From positions 3,232,001 through 3,296,000 of the forward strand of contig OZ244937.1 of assembly GCA_965222075.1 (NCBI GenBank): DNA of 64,000 nucleotides, in the 5' to 3' direction. Positions 59,328 through 64,000 of this stretch are shown here, in pieces. Each line of letters starts with the position of its first letter. Position 1 is the first letter of the stretch. A program made the position numbers and the translations under genes. The notes beneath the pieces are model-generated. The model made no database searches, was not told the origin of the DNA, and saw only the letters and a program-made list of their open reading frames with translations. The stretch comes from Candidatus Latescibacterota bacterium. GTDB lineage: Bacteria > Latescibacterota > UBA2968 > GCA-2709665.

Positions 59328-61142
59328 ATGAACCAGCCGATTTGCGTGCTTCGCGCGGGCAGCGACCCGGCGTGCGATCTTGGCGCGGAGATGCTCCGCT
59401 GCGAGGGGTTTCCCTGGCTGGAGGAGGCGCCGGCCGAGGGGTTTGACTCCGCTCCACCGGGGGTTAAACTGTTCGTTGTGGCAGGCGCGGGGGTCAGCCG
59501 CACGACCGCAGGACGGCTGGCAAAGGCGGTGAACCTGGGGGTATCGCTTATTGCGCTGGCGCCGAACCCTGCGCTTGCAGCGGTGTTCGGGGTGAGGGTT
59601 CGCGAGGCGGTTGTAGACGCGCATCTCTCCGTAGCCGGCCTTTCCGGCTGGGAGCACGGGGATGTGCCGCTGCTGTGCCCGGACGATGTGGCGCATCCCT
59701 TAGAGGGGGGATGTGAGGTAGCGGCACTGAGGGATCTTGAGGGCCGCAGGTGCGGCGCCGGCATTGTGAGGGTGCGCAAGGGTGCAGGGTGCGCCTGGTT
59801 TTACGGATACGATCTGTGTGAGACGATTGCGACGTTGCGCCACGGTACCGGCCGGCTGGATCCCACTGAGGAGATAAGCTGGAAGGGGCCCCGGGTTATT
59901 AACGGGTTTCTGGAACTGTCCGGTAAACTGCCTCACGACGTTCCGGTGGCCGACCTCCACCAGGATGTGCTGCGTTCGATTGTGACCGGGACGCTTGCCG
60001 ATGTGTCTCTGCCGAGGCTCTGGCACTTCCCGGAGGGGGCACCGGCGGTCTGGGTGGTGAGGGGGGACGGCTGCGGGGAGGAGGGCGCCGATTTCGAGGT
60101 GGAGGTTGTTGAGAAACAGGGAGGTTTTCTTACGTTCTGCCGGCCACCGAAGAGCCGGTACGGGGGGGAGTTGATGCGGGAGTGGCACAACCGGGGACAC
60201 GGCATTACGATCGAGGCCAATATCAACGATATCACGCAGCCGGCCGTAGAGAATGGCTCCGGAAGCCGGACGGCTGCAGAGCTGAATGCAGACTGGCACC
60301 CGGCCATCCGCGCCAATCTGGAGGGGCACCGCGATTCGTTTATGCGCGAGACGGGGCTTGAGACGGAGACGTTTATGACCCACTCCGCGCAGTGGACCGG
60401 GCTGCCGATGGCCAGGATGGTCCGCGAACTAGGCTGGCGCACGGCCATCCCCTTTATGTCGTACGATCCCCGCATCCTGCCGGGAGATCGGAAGGGGCCG
60501 TATATGATCTCCACGGCGCTCCCGATGCGCTACTTCGACCGGGAAGCGGGCGTTCTGGATCTCTGGCATCTGCCGTACCAGAATATCGATACGATCTGGC
60601 AGGGCATTGCGAAGCAGCCGCTGCCGGTGGAGGCAGACGGGGCGGACCTGGAGGTCCGGTATCGCATGCTGGGACAGACGGGGGAGGCGTACGGGGCGCA
60701 GCTGGCACGGTTTGCAGAGGATGCGGCAGCACGCTGGCACGGCGTGCAGGTTTCCAGTTTTCACCCGTGCTACGTGGCGTCGCCCCGGCCCTATGTTGGA
60801 TCGTCGCAGCGGGCGTTGGAGATTGCAATGGAAGGGGCACGGGCAGCCGGCTGCCGGTTTGAGAACCTGGAGCGGTGGTCGCGCTTTTTCCGCGCGAGGG
60901 CCGGGGTGCGGCTGAGGGAGTGGTGGTCTGAAGAGACGACAATATTTGTTACGCTGGAATCGGATTCGGGGATCGAAGGGCTTACGCTGCTTTTGCCGGA
61001 TAGGGTGAAGGAGGTGCGTCTGAAAGAAAGGGGCGATATTTTGCCGGTGCGACAGCTTACTCTGGAAGGGCGAACGCAGAATGCTGTGGTGGTGGATTTG
61101 GGGGAAGGTTCTCCGTTGAGGGTGTGCCTCAAGAAGGCCTGA
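59328..61142 (+). CDS. Hypothetical protein, possible polysaccharide-deacetylase-like barrel
   Basis: 604-aa ORF in the operon; D..Q...PRLWHFP, RGDG, THS..W, SFHP. Confidence 0.6.
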   Translation: MNQPICVLRAGSDPACDLGAEMLRCEGFPWLEEAPAEGFDSAPPGVKLFVVAGAGVSRTTAGRLAKAVNLGVSLIALAPNPALAAVFGVRVREAVVDAHLSVAGLSGWEHGDVPLLCPDDVAHPLEGGCEVAALRDLEGRRCGAGIVRVRKGAGCAWFYGYDLCETIATLRHGTGRLDPTEEISWKGPRVINGFLELSGKLPHDVPVADLHQDVLRSIVTGTLADVSLPRLWHFPEGAPAVWVVRGDGCGEEGADFEVEVVEKQGGFLTFCRPPKSRYGGELMREWHNRGHGITIEANINDITQPAVENGSGSRTAAELNADWHPAIRANLEGHRDSFMRETGLETETFMTHSAQWTGLPMARMVRELGWRTAIPFMSYDPRILPGDRKGPYMISTALPMRYFDREAGVLDLWHLPYQNIDTIWQGIAKQPLPVEADGADLEVRYRMLGQTGEAYGAQLARFAEDAAARWHGVQVSSFHPCYVASPRPYVGSSQRALEIAMEGARAAGCRFENLERWSRFFRARAGVRLREWWSEETTIFVTLESDSGIEGLTLLLPDRVKEVRLKERGDILPVRQLTLEGRTQNAVVVDLGEGSPLRVCLKKA

Positions 61143-61235
61143 AGCAGAGGAGATTTTCCGCAGATTCCGCACAGTAGGCGGATATGGCGTTTTCTTACCG
61201 GTCCTGTGACGGGCAGCCGACTGAAAGGAGATGAG

Positions 61236-63947
61236 ATGGAGATTCAAAATGTTTCTTTTGCGTGCGAGAATGTGAAACGCTATCCGTGGGCGCGGGCAAT
61301 TGTGGAGGAGTGGAAGCAGGATGCGGCCTATGCAATGGAGCAGGAGCGGTCATTTTTCGAGGAGATGATTTCGGAGCTGACGCTGTGGCCGGAGTACGGA
61401 CAGAACTGCCCGGTGTGCGTCAACCGGCTGTCTTCAATGGGAGAGTGCGGGATTTATGAATGGAATATACGCGATCCGGACCGGCTGGTTTGTATGTACT
61501 GTAAGACAGCGTATCCCAATCCCGAGTACCCGGAAACGGGGCGTGTGACGGCGCCCCGGATGGGGCAAACCTTTGACTTTTACCTGACGGAGGAGGAACG
61601 GGCGCACCCGGAGGACCGATCCGGCAAGTATGCGTTCAAATGGAGCCGCAATCCGGTGCATACGAGCTGGAGCGGGGTGATCAGGTCAAAGAAGGCCACC
61701 TGGTGCGTTCACCGGGTCCCAACGCTGGCCAGGCTGTATGGGTTGACGGGGGAGGTGGCATACGCGGAGCGGGCGGCCTGGATTATGGATATGATGGCGC
61801 AGCGGTATCCCAACTGGCTGTTCCATTCCTACGACGGGACGGTGGCGGATCTGCCGCCGGCGGAAGTGGCTGTGGAGATGGGTAGAAATCCCCGGGGCGG
61901 GCAGTTCCAGCCCGAGGCGATTGTTTCGGCTTTCGAGGGGCGACACCGCGACGGGGAATACGCAACGCTGTTTAACGGGTTCTGGGGTGCTGGACGATTT
62001 GGGTGCAGCGGGTCGGATGGGGGGATCATTCTGAGTGTGACCCTGAGCTACGATTTGATCCGGGAGGCAACTTACCAGGACGGGACGCCGGTGATCACGC
62101 CGGAGATGGACCGGCGGATTCGAGAGGACCTGATTCTGGCGGGATGTGCGGATACGGAGAACTGGAACGATATCAACAATAAGTGCGGGCGGGGCCGGGC
62201 GTTGAGTGGGGCGGTGGGCATTCTTTTCCAGCGGCCGGCGAGCGTGCGGCGGGCGATTGAGGGGTTTGAGCTGCTGATAGAAAACGATTTTCACTTTGAC
62301 GGATTTTGCTGCGAGTCCCCCGGCTATTCCGGTATGCACCTTGGGATGATGCGCCAGATTCCGGAGATTCTAATGGGGTATTCGGATCCGGAAGGGTATA
62401 CGCCCGAGAAAGGGGAGCCCTTGAAAGACTTCGACCCTTTTCAGGCGTTTGAACGCTACAGGCTGGCGCTGGAGAGTATGGTGCGGATGCTGGATCCACG
62501 GATGTGCTATCCAGTAATCGGAGATAGCAGGGATGGCAGTGGACTGGACGCCGAATACGCCGAGATTCTAACCGCGCATTACGGGAACCGCTACGCCGGG
62601 CTGCTGGAGCGGGCGCTGGAAGCGCCACTGGCGGAGGCCGGAAGCGAGTACGCCCTGTGGCGCCGGGATCCGGATCTGAAGGTGGGGCAGGATGCCGACC
62701 TGCCGCTGTATTCGGAATGGTTTCCCGGCTGGCACGTGGCGGTGCTGCGGGGTGAACATGTGCGCGACCATACGGCGTTCTACTTCAACGGGTATGCCTA
62801 TGGCGGCCACCGACACTACGATACCCTGGGGGTTATTTACATTGCCCACGGAAAGGAGATGGCCGCCGACCGGGGATACATCTGGGACGATCCGCGCAAC
62901 GCGTGGACCAAGAGCACGTTGTCGCACAATATCGTGACGGTGGATGGGGTGAACCAGAACGGTGAGGGGTGTCACTCGACGCTGGAGCTATTCGGGAGGG
63001 GGCCGGGGGTTGAGGTTGTGCAGGCCTCGGCGAACGCGTATGAACAATGTGACCGGTATCAGCGAATGTGTGCGCTGGTGGAGGTCCCCGAAGGACTGAG
63101 CTATGTGGTGGACTTTTTCCGGGTCCGGGGAGGAAAGCTACACCGGTACGGATTTCACTGCAACGGGAAGATGATCCGGATAAAGGGCGCTGATCCGGCG
63201 CCGGTGGAGGAGGAGATCCAGTGGCTAAGCAACCTGAGGGGAGCGACACCCGGAGATGCGTTCACAGCCACGTGGGAACATGAGGGTGTGAAGATGGACC
63301 TGACGCTGCTGAATCCGATCGACCGGCTCCTGGTGGCGGATGCGCCTGGGTGGCGGCACGACGTGGGCAGCGATCTTCACGCGCCCCCGGTGCAGCAGAT
63401 CTTAGCGGAACGGACGGGTGGGGAAAGCCGTTACGCAGCGGTGATGGCGCCGTATGAGGGAGAGACGTCACCGATCCAATCGGCCCGTCTCGTCTTAGAC
63501 GATGCCGGGAGCGGGGCGATGGCCGTGGCCGTGGAGCGGGAGGGATGTACGGATTATATTCTCTCGTCTCCGGATGGGGCAGCCTGTCAGTGCGGTCCCG
63601 TTGTCATGGCCGGACGCTTCGGATTCGCCTCTGTCGATGCAGAAGGGAAGACGCTGCGGGCCTATCTGCTGGACGGGACGGAACTGGTGTGTGGCGAAGA
63701 GAGGTTAGAGCTTTCCCAGGGGCAGACGCCTCTGAAGGTCGCTTCGGTTGAAGGGCGAACCTACCACCTGGCGGAGGACGTGCCGGGAGACAGGGCGCTT
63801 GCAGGGACCTATCTGCTGGCGGATGAGACGGGCTACGAGATCAAATCGGCCGCGGCCAGGACGATCACGGTGCGGGACTATCCGGCGGTTGAATGTGATG
63901 AGGTGAAGCTGCTGAATGCCGATGTTAGCGTATCTCTAAAGGACTGA
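61236..63947 (+). CDS. Heparinase II/III-like protein with N-terminal CxxC...CxxC (paralogue of 45194-47926)
   Basis: DGFCCESPGY, GHRHYDTL, DRGYIWD, SHNIVTVDG; AAGGAG RBS. Confidence 0.8.
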   Translation: MEIQNVSFACENVKRYPWARAIVEEWKQDAAYAMEQERSFFEEMISELTLWPEYGQNCPVCVNRLSSMGECGIYEWNIRDPDRLVCMYCKTAYPNPEYPETGRVTAPRMGQTFDFYLTEEERAHPEDRSGKYAFKWSRNPVHTSWSGVIRSKKATWCVHRVPTLARLYGLTGEVAYAERAAWIMDMMAQRYPNWLFHSYDGTVADLPPAEVAVEMGRNPRGGQFQPEAIVSAFEGRHRDGEYATLFNGFWGAGRFGCSGSDGGIILSVTLSYDLIREATYQDGTPVITPEMDRRIREDLILAGCADTENWNDINNKCGRGRALSGAVGILFQRPASVRRAIEGFELLIENDFHFDGFCCESPGYSGMHLGMMRQIPEILMGYSDPEGYTPEKGEPLKDFDPFQAFERYRLALESMVRMLDPRMCYPVIGDSRDGSGLDAEYAEILTAHYGNRYAGLLERALEAPLAEAGSEYALWRRDPDLKVGQDADLPLYSEWFPGWHVAVLRGEHVRDHTAFYFNGYAYGGHRHYDTLGVIYIAHGKEMAADRGYIWDDPRNAWTKSTLSHNIVTVDGVNQNGEGCHSTLELFGRGPGVEVVQASANAYEQCDRYQRMCALVEVPEGLSYVVDFFRVRGGKLHRYGFHCNGKMIRIKGADPAPVEEEIQWLSNLRGATPGDAFTATWEHEGVKMDLTLLNPIDRLLVADAPGWRHDVGSDLHAPPVQQILAERTGGESRYAAVMAPYEGETSPIQSARLVLDDAGSGAMAVAVEREGCTDYILSSPDGAACQCGPVVMAGRFGFASVDAEGKTLRAYLLDGTELVCGEERLELSQGQTPLKVASVEGRTYHLAEDVPGDRALAGTYLLADETGYEIKSAAARTITVRDYPAVECDEVKLLNADVSVSLKD

Positions 63948-64000
63948 TGCCATCGGGAACGACCGTAAAGCCGGATGACCAAAGCGGCCAGGTGGTGGTC

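Noticed and set aside
1-64000. tRNA, rRNA or T-box elements
   Set aside because: No cloverleaf, rRNA or T-box consensus was recognised by eye; tRNAscan-SE or Infernal would be needed to exclude them.

Overview
GC-rich bacterial chromosomal window. The GWxTD/TPR, dockerin-tailed and heparinase II/III-like paralogues suggest an FCB-superphylum organism such as Ca. Latescibacterota (inference only). 1-20.5 kb is an aromatic amino-acid supercluster: trpEGDCF-tyrS-trpBA-chorismate mutase-[insert]-DAHP synthase-tyrA-aroA-like-aroE-menG-argS-aroK-aroB. It is followed by aceE-aceF-lpdA, housekeeping genes (PTS IIA, BatA/vWA, topA, xerC), secreted or surface proteins, ubiA-ubiX and a catabolic region. 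Highlights: (1) a 1.5-kb cassette in which two near-identical 155-bp REP arrays flank an antitoxin, a truncated RelE/ParE-like toxin and a RAYT transposase that carries its own REP pair in frame; (2) a full-length EPSP-synthase homologue lacking most catalytic residues, next to an unannotated 46-aa membrane protein; (3) a promoter- and terminator-bounded ~190-nt rod-like RNA upstream of trpE; (4) a deletion scar of a pyruvate:ferredoxin oxidoreductase beside the PDH operon; (5) recurring REP and 7/9-mer repeats at gene junctions. All calls come from reading motifs by eye; no searches were run.
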